This document shows positions 1 through 13,300 of a stretch of 46,988 nt of DNA, piece after piece. The stretch comes from Octopus sinensis (lineage: Eukaryota), in the NCBI RefSeq assembly GCF_006345805.1, contig NW_021834642.1, positions 1-46,988 on the forward strand, read 5' to 3'. How positions within the stretch are numbered: the first letter of the stretch is position 1; each line of letters opens with the position of its first letter. Under the pieces are notes generated by a model, which was not told the DNA's origin, searched no databases, and was given only the letters and a program-made list of their open reading frames with translations. The translations under genes were made by a program, and so were the position numbers.

Positions 1-90
1 TGTTGTTGTTGTTGTTTAGAGCCAAATGTAATCTGATCGGGCAGAGCTATGACCAAAGACAATTCGGCTGTGACCAACTGTGTCGTATTA
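1..90 (-). mobile_element. Possible 3' fragment of a retroposon with (AAC)n tail
   Basis: (GTT)n followed by ...ctgatcgggcagagctatgaccaaagac...; a similar segment lies at ~34470-34550. Confidence 0.3.
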
Positions 91-417
91 AAAGGTATGC
101 AAGAGTGCATTATCGAACGCACCCTTTGCTTAGGTCAGACGATAGGAAGCGATCTGTGGAAGACTTGGATTCTGTTTCTACCTCTCCTGCGTAAAGTTTA
201 ACTTATTTGCTTATACTGATAAGGTTGTTGTTGTGTGTTTAAAAATTTCACTGCTTCGTTGTTCGTAGCTTTTTTAGTTTTTAGGTTGTTCGAATATGAG
301 ATAACACAGTGTGTTTTGAGGTCATCTGTAATTAAACATATAATTAGAGGTCATATCTAATTAAAATAATCAATATACACATTTGCACAACTATATACAC
401 TCGAACACTTACACACA

Positions 418-467
<50 letters not shown>

Positions 468-774
468 CATATACATGTAATACATGCAGTGTGTGTGTGT
501 GTGTGTGTGTGTGTACTGTCTCCGTATATGAATGAATGAGCATAGGAGAATAAATACATTCATACAAACACGCATATAAATATGTATGTATTTGTGTATG
601 TATGCATGTATGTTTGTATGTACATATGTATGTACTCTTATGTAAATGTATATATGTATGTACATCATTTCATCATCATCATCATCATCATCTGCCAGTT
701 AATTTATTCCAGAATTACAGCTAAATTACACCACATTCTTGCCGCTCTACTACTGTTGCTGCTGCTGCTGCTGA

Positions 775-895
775 TACACTACTACTACTACTACTACTAT
801 ACTACTACTACTACTACTACTACTACTGCTACTACTACTACTACTACTACTACCAACAATAACAACAATAACAAAAACAACAAAAACAGCACTAC
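775..895. repeat. (ACT)n/(AAC)n trinucleotide microsatellite
   Basis: Direct reading; it explains the poly-T/N/Y ORFs. Confidence 0.95.
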
Positions 896-1310
896 AATTA
901 TTTCTATCAACTTTACTGATTGTAACAAAGAAATCCCTACACGGTCTGTTGACCAGCTGGAAAGAGAAACCAAAGTCCACATACCTTCTTTTCATACTAC
1001 TAATATTAACAGCTCAGTTAGTCATACTAGTTGTCGGAAAACAGTGTCATATCAATGTATTGCAAAGCATTAAAATTTTAGTGTGTTTTGTGTGGCGTGC
1101 GTTCGTGGTGTGTGTGTGTGTGTGTGTGTACATACTTTGGACTAAATATATATAATATAATATGTATATATATAATATAATATATATATATATTATATAT
1201 TATTACTTCACATGTAAACAACATAAGTTTGTTTTTGAAGCGCCGAACTGTATTGTAGTACAAGTAGAAAGATATATTTTTTTTCAACGCGTAAGTACTG
1301 ACAGAACAGC

Positions 1311-1379
1311 ATATATAGGATAAAATCCTTACAGAGCAGATGCAACCAGCCATGAGACTGCTCTATAAGGATTTTATCC

Positions 1380-1386
<7 letters not shown>
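1311..1386. repeat. 76-bp hairpin: 29-bp inverted arms, 18-nt loop
   Basis: atatataggataaaatccttacagagcag (1311-1339) vs ctgctctataaggattttatcctatatat (1358-1386), 1 mismatch. Confidence 0.9.
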
Positions 1387-1418
<32 letters not shown>

Positions 1419-1419
<1 letters not shown>

Positions 1420-1572
1420 GACAGGCTTCATTCAGTTTCCAACTGCCAAATCCACTCGCAAGGCTATGGTCGGCCTGAGGCTATAGTAGAATACACTTGC
1501 TTAAAGTGCCACGCAGTGGGACTGAACCCGGAACCATGAGGTTGGGAAGCAAGCTTCTTACCACACAGCCAC
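1419..1572 (-). mobile_element. SINE family AB, 5' half
   Basis: Reverse complement reads gtggctgtgtggtaagaagcttgcttcccaacc...ggttccgggttcagtcccactgcgtggcac..., with tRNA-like A/B-box remnants; multicopy in the window. Confidence 0.85.
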
Positions 1573-1807
1573 TATTTATTACATATATGTACATACATAT
1601 ATGTGTGCTTGAGCTCTGTGTGTTGTGCGTGTGTATGTCCCGGGGGCAGCCTTCGACTTTCCTGTCCAGAGGAGTTTTTAACCCAGTATTCACATGCAGT
1701 TTTTCATTGCTTCATCTGCTTCGAGTTCCACCGTTCCAAAAAGGTATTATTTCACGTTCTCTCAAAGTTTGTAAATTCTCATGACGTCAGCAATGCACAC
1801 GCACACT

Positions 1808-1838
<31 letters not shown>

Positions 1839-1841
1839 ACC

Positions 1842-1883
<42 letters not shown>

Positions 1884-1893
1884 ATATATATAT

Positions 1894-2365
1894 GGCGGCG
1901 TGGCCATGTGGTAAGAAACTTGCTTCCCAACCACATAGTTCCGGATTCAGTTCCATTGCATGACACCTTGCGCAAGTACCTTCTACTATAGCCTCGGGAC
2001 GACCAAAGCCTTGTGAGTGGATTTGATAGATAGAAGGAAATTAAAAGATGCCCGTCTTATATATGTATATGTCTACGCGCGTGTGTCTTTGTGTCCGTGT
2101 CGGTGTGCTTACGTCCTCGTAACCTCCCTAGCGGTTCGGCAAAAGGGGCCGATCGAACAAGTACCAGGATTGTAAAACGTAAGCACTTGGGGAGATAGGT
2201 TCGACTAGAAATTCTTCAAGGTGGTGCTCCAGCATGGCTGCAATCTAAATACTGGTCCAAGTAGGAAAGGAAACAAAATTCTGGCGTCGACACATCCGAC
2301 TAAAAATTCCTCAAGGTGGTGCCCCAGTATGGCCGCAGTCTAATAAGCGAAACGAGTAAAAGATA
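1894..2365 (+). mobile_element. SINE family AB (tRNA-like head, internal TA/TG tract, tail with partial duplication)
   Basis: Homologous to copies at 32630-33045, 36600-37010, 37965-38420 and 42488-42897. Confidence 0.85.
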
Positions 2366-2480
2366 CATATATACAAACATACAGGAATATCTGCTGATGA
2401 CGTGTACTTTTCAGTGAAGGACCATTGTTCCTAGTTTGAAAACCAGTTCTAAAATCCCTGGTGATAACTCTTATAAATAT

Positions 2481-2817
2481 TGAGACCCTCTTTGGTCATG
2501 ACTGACCATGGGATTGCACCTAGAAAGTTACCTTCCCAGGCACAAGTCCAGGCAAGGTTGTTTATGGAAGACCAGCAGTCGCCCATGCATACCGGCCTCC
2601 CTTCTCCACGCCACCAGTGTTATACAAGGGAAAGGCAAAGGCCGATACAGCTTGGCACCAGTGACATCGCAACTCATTTCTACAGCTGAGTGAACTGGAG
2701 CAGCGTAAAATAAAGTGTCTTGCTCAAGAACACAACGCGCAGCCCGGTCCGGGATTCGAACTCACAACCTCACGATCGTAAGCCCGACGCTCTAACCACT
2801 AAGCCATGCGCCTGCAC
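2481..2817 (-). mobile_element. Full-length tRNA-derived SINE (family C) with 15-bp TSD
   Basis: A box TGGCTTAGTGG and B box GTTCGAATCCC on minus; TSD aactcttataaatat at 2466-2480 and 2818-2832. The head resembles tRNA-Arg (possibly the octopus OR1/OR2 type; inference). Confidence 0.9.
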
Positions 2818-3357
2818 AACTCTTATAAATATAACTAGAATAAAATGCATACACACGGGTATATATGTGTGCGTATTTACATGTATGCAGGGTGGAAAGT
2901 ATTTGTGAGGACACATGTGAATGCGCGTCTATCCACCTGTTTATCAGTTCTATAACAACACGCAGCCCGGTCCGGGATTCGAACTCACAACCTCACGATC
3001 GTAAACTCGACGCTCTAACCACTAAGCCATGCGCCTTCACAACTCTTATAAATATACATACACACAGGTATATATGTGTGCGTATTTGCACGTATGCAGG
3101 GTGGGAAGTTTTTGTGAGGACACATGTGAATGCGCGTCTATCCACCTGTTTGTCAGTTCTATAACAACACGCAGCCCGGTCCGGGATTCGAACTCACAAC
3201 CTCACGATCGTAAACTCGACGCTCTAACCACTGAGCCATGCGCCTTCACAACTCTTAAAGATATAACTAGAACAAAATACATACACACAGGTATATATGT
3301 GTGCGTATTTGCATGTATGCAGGGCGGGAAGTATTTGTGATGCACCTGTTTGTCAGT
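2732..3357. repeat. Tandem triplication (~210-220 bp unit) of SINE head, TSD and flank
   Basis: cgcagcccggtccgggattcgaactcacaacctcacgatcg recurs at ~2738, ~2960 and ~3170, each followed by the same flank. Confidence 0.95.
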
Positions 3358-3799
3358 GTTCGCAGCAATGTAATTCTCCTTTGCATCTTCTATTACGGAT
3401 TCTTTTTGTTTCTATACTAGAGGATTTTTGAAATGATATTATTTTATCTCATTCATACTTCATGGTTTTCCTTTTCTTCTTCAAATATTTATAAGATTCT
3501 TGAACAGATTTTGGCAATTCCGAATTAATTAAAGGTAACTACTACAGCTTCTAATTAACTACAGAATTTCATTGAGGTAATTAACTTTAAGTAAATAAAA
3601 GGTTTATCTGAATGAATAAGATAATTTCAGCGTGTGAATATGTGCGCAAAGCACGTAGCGAGAACTATGTAAGATCCAAACAATGATTAACTGCAACATG
3701 TGTCAACAAATATATAGAAACACGCGCGCGCGCACACACATATGTATACATCAATATACGAATATGTATTTGGGTGTATATAGATGCTAGCATAAATAC

Positions 3800-4072
3800 A
3801 CATGTATTTATATATATATATATATATATATATGTACATATATATATGTATATACATATATATACACACACACATATATATGTACATGTATATATATATA
3901 TAGATATATATATATATATATGTATATACATATATATCTATGTATATATATACATACATACATATATATACGCATATATATACATACATATATATATATA
4001 TGTATATATATATATATGTATGCATATATATATGTATATAATATATGTATATATACGTATGTATATATATGC

Positions 4073-4109
<37 letters not shown>

Positions 4110-4120
4110 ATATATATTAT

Positions 4121-4157
<37 letters not shown>

Positions 4158-4190
4158 GAGAGAAGTTATATATATATATATATATATGCT
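3800..4190. repeat. Degenerate (TA)n followed by (GA)n
   Basis: Direct reading. Confidence 0.95.
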
Positions 4191-5122
4191 TCAACATCTA
4201 CGTGTCGATAGTTATATTTACGAGTACATAATTGTGCGTATATGCGTGTGGTTGGGATGAATGTGGGGTTGAATGTGGGGCGAGGTACATAATCATTATT
4301 AATATTATGAGTATTACAGTTATAATTATAATTATAATTATGATCATTATTGTCTTCATCGTCATTATTATTGTTATTATTAGATAAAATATAAATTAAC
4401 TGTGACTTCGAAGGCTAGCTGGTGACTGCTGTATTGAGTTCTACTTTTCTTCTATTCTTTTTTCTTGTGAACATTACCCGTTGCATTTAATATAATTATT
4501 TAACTATGAATATCTCTGAACACAAACCCGTTATTAAACATTCCATCACGTGTGAACGCGTATATATATGTGTGTGTATGTCTATGTGTGGCCGAGTGTG
4601 CGAGTGTATCTGAGTGTGTTTGTGTTCGTGCGTGAGTGCGTCCATGTGTGTTTGATGTGTAATTATGTGCGCATGTAAATGTATTTTCACTTAGTTTTAC
4701 TCCCAACATTTTAACATCCTCGATTCCGCGGCCATGTTGGCAGGCACTCGCTCATAGCGTCGATTACCACGATTGACACACACACGCATGCCTACATACG
4801 CAAACCTATATACGCATATCTACATACACACACTCACGCATATACATCCTATTTTACCCCCGTTGCCTTCTGGAATGACTAAGAAAACTTTCCACTGTTT
4901 GATTATAGCCTCCATTTTGTCAGACACACACGCACGCGCACCCACGCACAAGGAGATATTGGTTGTGAGTTTAAGAAGTTCACATTGTAACCACATGGTT
5001 TTTGGATTCAGTCCCGTCTTCTACAATAGCCCTTAATTCAATTCCTTGTGAGTGAATTTAGTAAACAGAAACTGTGTAAAAACAATTACATACGGGCATA
5101 CATACATGTATGTATGTATGTA

Positions 5123-5300
<178 letters not shown>

Positions 5301-5302
5301 AT

Positions 5303-6281
5303 GTTTCTTTATTAGCCACACAGGGCTGCACACAGATAGAACAAATTACAAGGTAGAGCTTTTCTTTTGAGGTTTAAAAAAAAAAAAAATAAAAAATAAA
5401 AAAAAATAAAAAATAAGAAAAAAATAAAATAAAATAAAAATAAAATAAAAAAGGGGGGGTCGATCAAAAGGGATCGTAAAAGGAGAGAAAGAGGACAAAA
5501 AAAAAAAAAAGGGGGGGTTAAAAAAAAGGGGGAGAGGAAAAAAAATTGATCAATAGGGATCGTTATCACAGAAATGTCAATATGAAGTGTAAAGGGGGGG
5601 ACAGGTGAGGTTTACCCGTGGAAAGAAAAGCCTACGGAAAAGACCACGGTAACCTCGGTCAATGAAGTCACATGTTATATTTCTTTTTTTTTTTTTTTTT
5701 GCAAATAAGCAACTCTCTGATTAATTTTTACGGTTCATAGAATCATAGTCAAGGTGGCTTCGTCATTCATACGTGCCATTCTGCTACATTCACCCATCTT
5801 TTTTTAAACCTCACTAACAAAACTTGCCTCTCTACTCTCACTTTTTTCTTCAAGTGATACTTGAAGAAGTTGATGAGATTGACCAGAGAGGAAAGTGTTT
5901 GTCTCTAATCCTTTCAGACGCGTCCACCAGATACATTCTTTCGCCATAGCCACAAGTATGATAAAATAGCTCTTCCTTCCGTTGGAAGGAAGGAGGCGTG
6001 ACGATATTAACGATAGACTCGGCTGATAAACCGACACGTCCACACGTGACAGCAGTCGTTCGACATAAGCCCACAGGTGGGAAATTGCTGGACACTGCAC
6101 GATTGCGTGCAGAGCGGTTTCGTCGCTCTGCCCGCATCTCGGGCAGTCGGCCCCGTGTTTCTCGAGCCATGCCTATAGAGCTTATCTCGAACGGGTAGCG
6201 CTTCTCGGTAGCACCGCCAGGCCAGGGATCTCTGGAAGTTGTCCATAGGTCCCGGGCCGAAAGTCGTTTGAAACAGGCGAG
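5303..6281 (-). mobile_element. 5'-truncated L1/Tx1-clade LINE, copy 1 (ORF2 C-terminus and 3' UTR)
   Basis: Minus frames give FQTTFGPGPMDNFQRSLAWRCYREALPVRDKLYRHGS and QCPAISHLWAYVERLLSRV...MAKECIWWTRLKGLETNTFLSGQS, homologous to the C-terminus of the long copy. Confidence 0.92.
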
Positions 6282-6283
6282 AC

Positions 6284-6361
<78 letters not shown>

Positions 6362-6490
6362 GCAGAGAGGGAGATACGGAGAGGGAGATTCAGAGAGTGA
6401 TAGTCAGACAGAGAGACAAATAGAGATAGAGAGACAGACAGAGACTCACGGGTAGACAGACAGACAGACAGACACACAGTCAAGCGAGCT

Positions 6491-6569
<79 letters not shown>

Positions 6570-6570
6570 T
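6282..6570. repeat. (GATA)n/(GACA)n array, 5' flank of Tx1 copy 1
   Basis: Direct reading. Confidence 0.95.
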
Positions 6571-7305
6571 GTGTAAGAATGCAGTAATCTTTGGAAAGCA
6601 AAAGAGGGCCAAACGGGTCGAAGATTAATGAACGAGCGGGCGAAGACGGGGAGGGGGAAAAGGAAGAAGAGGAGATGGGGAGGCGGAGGAGTCGAAGGAA
6701 GCGTAGGCAGGGGAGGTGGACAAAGAGAAAACGGGGATAGTTAGATTCAGGCAAGTTTCGTTACATTTTGACAGTTATAATATCACTCGTGATGACATTC
6801 CTCTTTAAATACAATGATATTCTAATCTTAATGATAATATTTGTGTAAGATCCATTGAAATCATAACCATAAATAGATTAAAGTCCACTCTATTAATTCT
6901 TCATTTATTGATGACTAATTCACACGGTGTTTAATTAATACGGTTAACCCTGACTGTCTGCAAACATAAATCGGCTCATTGATGTTAGCTGTACCTGAAA
7001 TTAATGCTAGCTATTCGGTAAATATCAGCAATGACGCAAGTAATTCTGCAAGATAATGCAAACAATTAACTTATTAATATTTCGGTCTAGTTAAGTTTAT
7101 TTACACACCAAGCAACATTTTCACTGCAATACAATCGTTTCAAGAGATGTAATAAAGACGAAATACTGGAAAATAATAGGTTATGATTAGTGGACGTGTA
7201 ATTTCTTGAAATAATGAAATACTGTACATAGAGACGCATACATCTGTCTCCTTTCTCTCTGTCTCATACTCTCTTTCTTTCTCCCCCTCTTTCTCTCTCT
7301 CTCTC

Positions 7306-7401
<96 letters not shown>

Positions 7402-8728
7402 GCACACACACAAACACATACATACAAACATCCATGTGTACATGCATACACACACACACACATATGCATACACACACACACACAACATATATATATATAT
7501 GTGTGTATGTGTGTGTGTGTGTGCTTACAGTGTTTATAGTAAACACCGTGTCGGATTTGAACACAGTAAGAGAAAAATAAAGAGAAAGAATAATTGGAAA
7601 GAAGAGCGGGAAAGTGAAATGAAAGTGAAAGTAGACTGAGTTTCACTATCAGTGACCACGACTGCTTAATGACAGATACTTTGGAAGTCTGTTCTTTATA
7701 ATGGAACAGTGTAAGCAGACGTATGAAACATATTGGACAAATAAAGGGCAGTCATTCCCTTCTGTCTTTAGATCTGTATGAACTTCATTAGGAAACTCTA
7801 TTAATTACGATTCTTATACTTTAAATTCCTTCTATTGTAGCCTGCATCAACTGAAAGCTCATTTTTACATGTATGAATGTATTCGCTAATTCTTTGCTTT
7901 TCTGGAGAGGCATAAAAAAGAAATAGATAGTTATGGAAATTATTCATATAATTTCCTGTCCGAAATGTCTGAGTTATGTTCTAGTTGAAACGATATAAGC
8001 TAAACTGCTAATGGATCCTCAGATTCCTCTTGCCGAAACTTTAGACGAAACGACAGAGTTAATCGATGTACGTGTTTTGTTTTGATGCAGGTCCGGAAAT
8101 GAAAATATATAACATATAGGAATCAGCAGAACTGTTGTCTTTATTGTTTTGAGAAATGCAGATGGTAACTGTTTGAATTGTTTAGGTTCTGCAGAAAGAA
8201 GAAAACAATGTTGCAGCAACTTAATAATACAAACAATATGAAGAACCAAAAATAGTCTTTATGTTTTATAAAGTAACAACTTTTATAGGAATATTTGGTA
8301 TATAAGTTAATATGTACTTTTACTACATTTTCTAAGTGGACGTTTCTGACACAATAAATTCGTTAACTAATTATCGAGAGGTAATTTGTATCATTACCGT
8401 TTATATTTTACAGTTTTATTTATTGGACTGTGACCAAACTGGGGCAACGCCTTGAAGCGTTTAGTGAAACTAACCACCCGTACCTCCACCAACACTTCCA
8501 CCACTACCCCCACTACAAATCATCTGTTGGTATGCCCCAAGAATATAACACACCACCCGGTTTGGAAATAGAAACCGCGCTATCCAATTTGCCTCTTGCA
8601 AATTGAATAGCTTGTCCATGACTATATGTAAAATGTGTAAAAATCATCTGCTGGTATGAACGAACGATGTATACACAGCAATAAATTCAAATATGAATAA
8701 AACGCAGCGTAAGCATTGTAAACAATGT

Positions 8729-9114
8729 CGAACACAGATACACAATGAATGTGTTTTATTTGTTCACTGGTCGGTTGCGATTTAACGCGGAGGAGATGAC
8801 CTTAAAATGCCGGGTGTTAAAGTATCTGAAAGTCTTAGTCATAGACAAGCGAAACAACTTTTACCGAGTCCCATTCAGGAGTGATTTGCCTCCGGTTCGG
8901 TTGAGGTACGTGATGTTGATAAGCTACAAAAACAAGGGTGAACGGTCAATGTCCATCGCTCTTGAATGGGATTTGAGGTGAGTTGTCTCGCCTGTCTATG
9001 ACGATTACTTTCAGGTGTTTTAACATCCGGCACTTTGAGAAAGCCATCTCCTCCGCGTCAGAATCGCAGCCGACCGGCGTACTAGTAAAGCAAATACATT
9101 GCGTATGTGTGTTC
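8729..9114. mobile_element. Old MITE-like fold-back element
   Basis: 8769-8859 and 8981-9075 are ~80% identical inverted repeats; outer gaacaca(g/c)atac(a/g)caatg also matches inverted. Confidence 0.7.
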
Positions 9115-9202
9115 AATAATGCGGTGCTTCTAATTTATAATTGAATGCGTGTGTGTTTGTGTGTATAACTAGAGACACACACATACGCACATATACTCAT
9201 GT

Positions 9203-9261
<59 letters not shown>

Positions 9262-9274
9262 TATATTATATATA

Positions 9275-9334
<60 letters not shown>

Positions 9335-9429
9335 TCAATATAGGGTGGCAAAAAATTTCGCAGAATTTTTTGCCAGCAGCGGCCTAGTGGGAAAAAATTA
9401 AATAGTCATAGACCATTTATAAATTCAAC

Positions 9430-9627
9430 AGCAAAATCAAGGAACGGCCATAATAGGCCATTCACCCACTAGAAATAACAGCCAAGGCTTCAACCGCAAA
9501 CAACATTAGGGTAAATGTTTTTTTAATTTTCTCCTGGTTTACGGAATTAATGTTGTTTTGCGGTTGAAGCCTTGGCTGTTATTTCTAGTGGGTGAATGGC
9601 CTATTATGGCCGTTCCTTGATTTTGCT
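9430..9627. repeat. Near-perfect 198-bp palindrome (79/80-bp arms, 39-nt spacer)
   Basis: Arms 9430-9508 and 9548-9627 differ by one T indel. Confidence 0.95.
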
Positions 9628-9970
9628 ATATATATATATATATATATATGCATATATATATATATTTGTGGTGCCCCAACATGACCACAACCTTAGGGCT
9701 GAAACATATGAAGGAAGACACACACGACGGGCTTTCACATAGTTTCCGCCTACCAAATTCACTGACAAGTAATTTCTAATAATTAATCATATTTCAATTA
9801 AGTCACATACACCACAATATGGTATACATTCTAAAACTATGTAATTTTTTTAGAGCTAATTGAACTATTTTCTTCTCAAAAAGTGAATATAATAAAGTAC
9901 ACGGTGGTGGGGGGGTTTCTGTATGTGTGCAATTCGCTTAAATGTATTGAAACGTGCACATGTGAGTCTG

Positions 9971-10032
<62 letters not shown>

Positions 10033-10033
10033 T

Positions 10034-10080
<47 letters not shown>
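9971..10080. repeat. (GATA)n array, 3' flank of Tx1 copy 2
   Basis: Direct reading. Confidence 0.95.
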
Positions 10081-10081
<1 letters not shown>

Positions 10082-10379
10082 CTTTTTTATTGTAGCCACA
10101 CAGGGCTAAACACAGAATAAAAATGGACGAAATACAATGTAGAATTTTTTTCTTTTCGAGGTGGGATGGGTGGGGCACAAAAAAAAAAAGAAAAAACGTT
10201 CGATCAATAGGGATCTGTGGGTTGTGTGGTGTATAAAAAAGCAATATATATATATAAAGTTCACAGTTTAGGTGTAGCCTTGGAAAGAAAAACCTACAAA
10301 AAAGACCAAGGTCACCTCAGACAGTTCGAAAATGAACACATGAGTAAGTCACCTTACCTCTCGTTGTCTCTTTTGGTTA

Positions 10380-13300
10380 CAGATTCACGCTTAAAATAGA
10401 ATCGTCTTTCATACTGACCATTTTTGCCACTTTTACTCACTTTTTATTAAAACATTCGTTCGACAAAGCCTTCCTCTCTATTCTCATCCTCCTTTTCAAG
10501 TGGTACTTGAAAAAGTTGACGAGAGACTGACCAGAGAGGAAGGTGTTTGTTTGCAGTCCTTTCAAACGCGTCCACCACACACATTCTTTCGCCATAGCCA
10601 TCAGCGTATCGAAAACCGTTTTCCCTTCCCGTTTAAAAGAAGGTGGTGGAACAATATTCACGATAGACTCGGCCGATAAGCGGGCCCGTCCTACACGCGA
10701 CAACAGCTGTTCGACGAAGGTCCACAGCTCTGAAATATCTGGACACTGCACGAGTGCGTGCAGAACGGTGATCTGGCAGAAACGTTAGGACGTCGGGCGA
10801 AATGTTTAGCGGTATTTCGTCTGTCTTTACGTTCTGAGTTCAAATTCCGCCGAGGTCGACTTTGCCTTTCATCCTTTCGGGGTCGATTAAATAAGTACCA
10901 GTTACGCACTGGGGTCGATATAATCGACTAAATCCCTTTGTCTGTCCTTGTTTGTCCCCTCTATGTTTAGCCCCTTGTGGGCAGTAAAAAAATAGGTTTC
11001 GTCGCTCTGACCGCATCTCGGGCAGGTCGGTCCGGTGATGGTTTTCGAACCGTGCCTGTAGCTCTTCTCTCGAACAGGTAGTGCGTCTCGATAGCATTGC
11101 CAAGCCATGGATTTCTGGAAGTTATCCATAGGCCCCGGCCTAAACGTCGTCCTGAATAGGCGAGTTAGGAATTTCTCGTCGACTCCCAGGTTTGCCCCGA
11201 GTGTGTCGTCGGACCTCCCCTCCACTAGTCCTCTATAGAACGCTTTAGTCGTTTGTAAGTTGCACAAGTTTGACACCGGTCGGCAGAGCTGCTGTAGAGC
11301 TTGGCGACACTCTCAGTGCCAATCGCCCAGTTTCGGTCTCTTCTTGATCCACGTTTGCAGTTCGGTCAGTGAGACGAGCTGCGGGAAGGCGCGCCTCACA
11401 AACGGCGCCCACACCTGTTCACCGTTATCGATGAAGTTCCAGAGATGTCGCAGTCTCAGCGCATGCCTGCGCATCATCAACCACGGCATGCCCAGTCCTC
11501 CATTCAACGGATGTTGACAGCAAATGGACTTCCTCACCATCGGAACGACACCCTTCCACAGGAAGCGGAAGAGTATGCGCTCCAGTTTGGTGATGGTGGC
11601 GTGAGGACAAGGCACGACGGTCAGGCGGTAATCGATGACGGATGCAATGTACGCGTTCGCCACCTCCGCCCGACCTTTTATAGACAGCTTTCTCTCGGCC
11701 CATGTTTGGCTGAGAGCGACCACTCTACTCGTGATCTCGTCCCAGTTCTTATCCATTTGGAGGTCCGGACTGAACCAGACCCAGAGCAATTTAACCGGTC
11801 CGTCCGTCCAGCGTCCCACTACTGAGCCGCAGTCGGACGGCATGGGCTTACCTCTCTAGGTGCCGAGTAGCAAACCCACTGACTTTTCCGGGTTAATCTT
11901 CGCTCCCGCCACCGTTTCGTATTTTCTTAGTGTCTCGCCTATCATCTGGATGTGTTTGTCTCTCGACACTATGACGGTGACATCCTCTGCATATGCCGAC
12001 ACGCTCGTTCCGCAACCCAGTTCCCGTGGGATGCCCCTCAGTGTCGCCAGCTTCCGTAGTAGCGGCTCGAGAGTCAATACATACAGAAGCGCCGACAGGG
12101 GACACCCCTGACGGACCGAACGCGTGATGTCAAAAGGTTTCGACAGGTGGCCGTTCACCCGAATCACCGATCGGATGCCGCTATACAAGGCAGCGATCCA
12201 ACCGCGGAAGACGGGACCGAAGCCAGCCGCCCTGAGGACGGACGCCAGGTACCGATGGTCGACCCTATCGAAGGCTTTAGACTGATCCAAATTTATCAGC
12301 GCCCCACCCATGCCAGGATCCTTAACTACCCTGTCCACAATGTAGCGCATCAGATGGAGGTTGTCATGTATGGTTCTGCCTGGCACGGCGTATGTTTGCG
12401 CCCTGTCGACCAGTTTACCAATGACAAGCGCCAATCTCTCGGCTATTACTTTGGCCAAAATTTTCAAATCTGCGTTGAGCAGAGTGATGGGCCTGAAATT
12501 ATTTATAAAATTCCCCTTGTTTTGGTCTTTCTTCAGCAACGTCACTGCACCTCGGTTCACGAAACCGGGGATTCTCCCGTTTTGTTGCCAGTTGCAGTAG
12601 ACTGATGCCAAGAGGTCGCCAAACAAGTCTGGCATTTGACAATACAGCTCGTAGGGTAAACCATCCAATCCAGGCGACTTATCCCTCGCGCAGCCCGCCA
12701 TCGCATCCCGCACGTCAGCGGCTGTGATGGGACTTTCACAACACTCCGCTTCTCTTGCCGAGAGCCGCGGCGGGTCGGTCAGGTAGGCACTGAAATCCAT
12801 CCCGCGTTCCGACCCACCACTCGCACCAAACATTCGAGCAAAGTGCTGTTGAAAGACCTCACACATCCTTTCGGGTTCGAGTAAACTGCATCCCTGTTGA
12901 TCTATTAGAGACCGAATGGTGGCTCTGTTGCCACGCTGCGCCTGCGCTACCCGGGCCTCTCGCGCAGCTTCGATCCCTTCGTTCTTTAAGGCACGCATTT
13001 TAGCTCTGACGACGTAACCCTCGTGCTTGGCGTTGAGGTGTTGGTCGAGGGCCATCCTCGCAACCAGCACGCTGGTTGCGCTGCCAGTGGTAAGTGCCTC
13101 TTCTAGTTTCTTAACCAGGTCTCCCTCTACTCTATTTCGATCTATCGCTAATTCCTTGCTAAACCTAATTGATTCCGATTTTATTGCCATTTTCAGGGCG
13201 AACCACCAGCGGTTGTTAACGACGGCTCCTGTCAGCGCCCTCTTAATTAACTCGCTAATCCGGTTCCTGTAAACCTGTCGCGCTAAGAGCGACGTGATCA

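Noticed and set aside
2738-2812. tRNA gene (also ~2960-3035, ~3170-3245, ~43910-43975)
   Set aside because: A/B boxes are present but the acceptor stem does not pair; these are SINE heads, one with a TSD-bounded body.
2732-3357. CRISPR-like array
   Set aside because: The intervening sequences are near-identical, not unique spacers; eukaryotic context with no cas genes.
8745-8981. 78-aa ORF ending at AG|GTGAGT, as a host exon
   Set aside because: It lies within an inverted-repeat element, has no recognisable product and has no clear acceptor.
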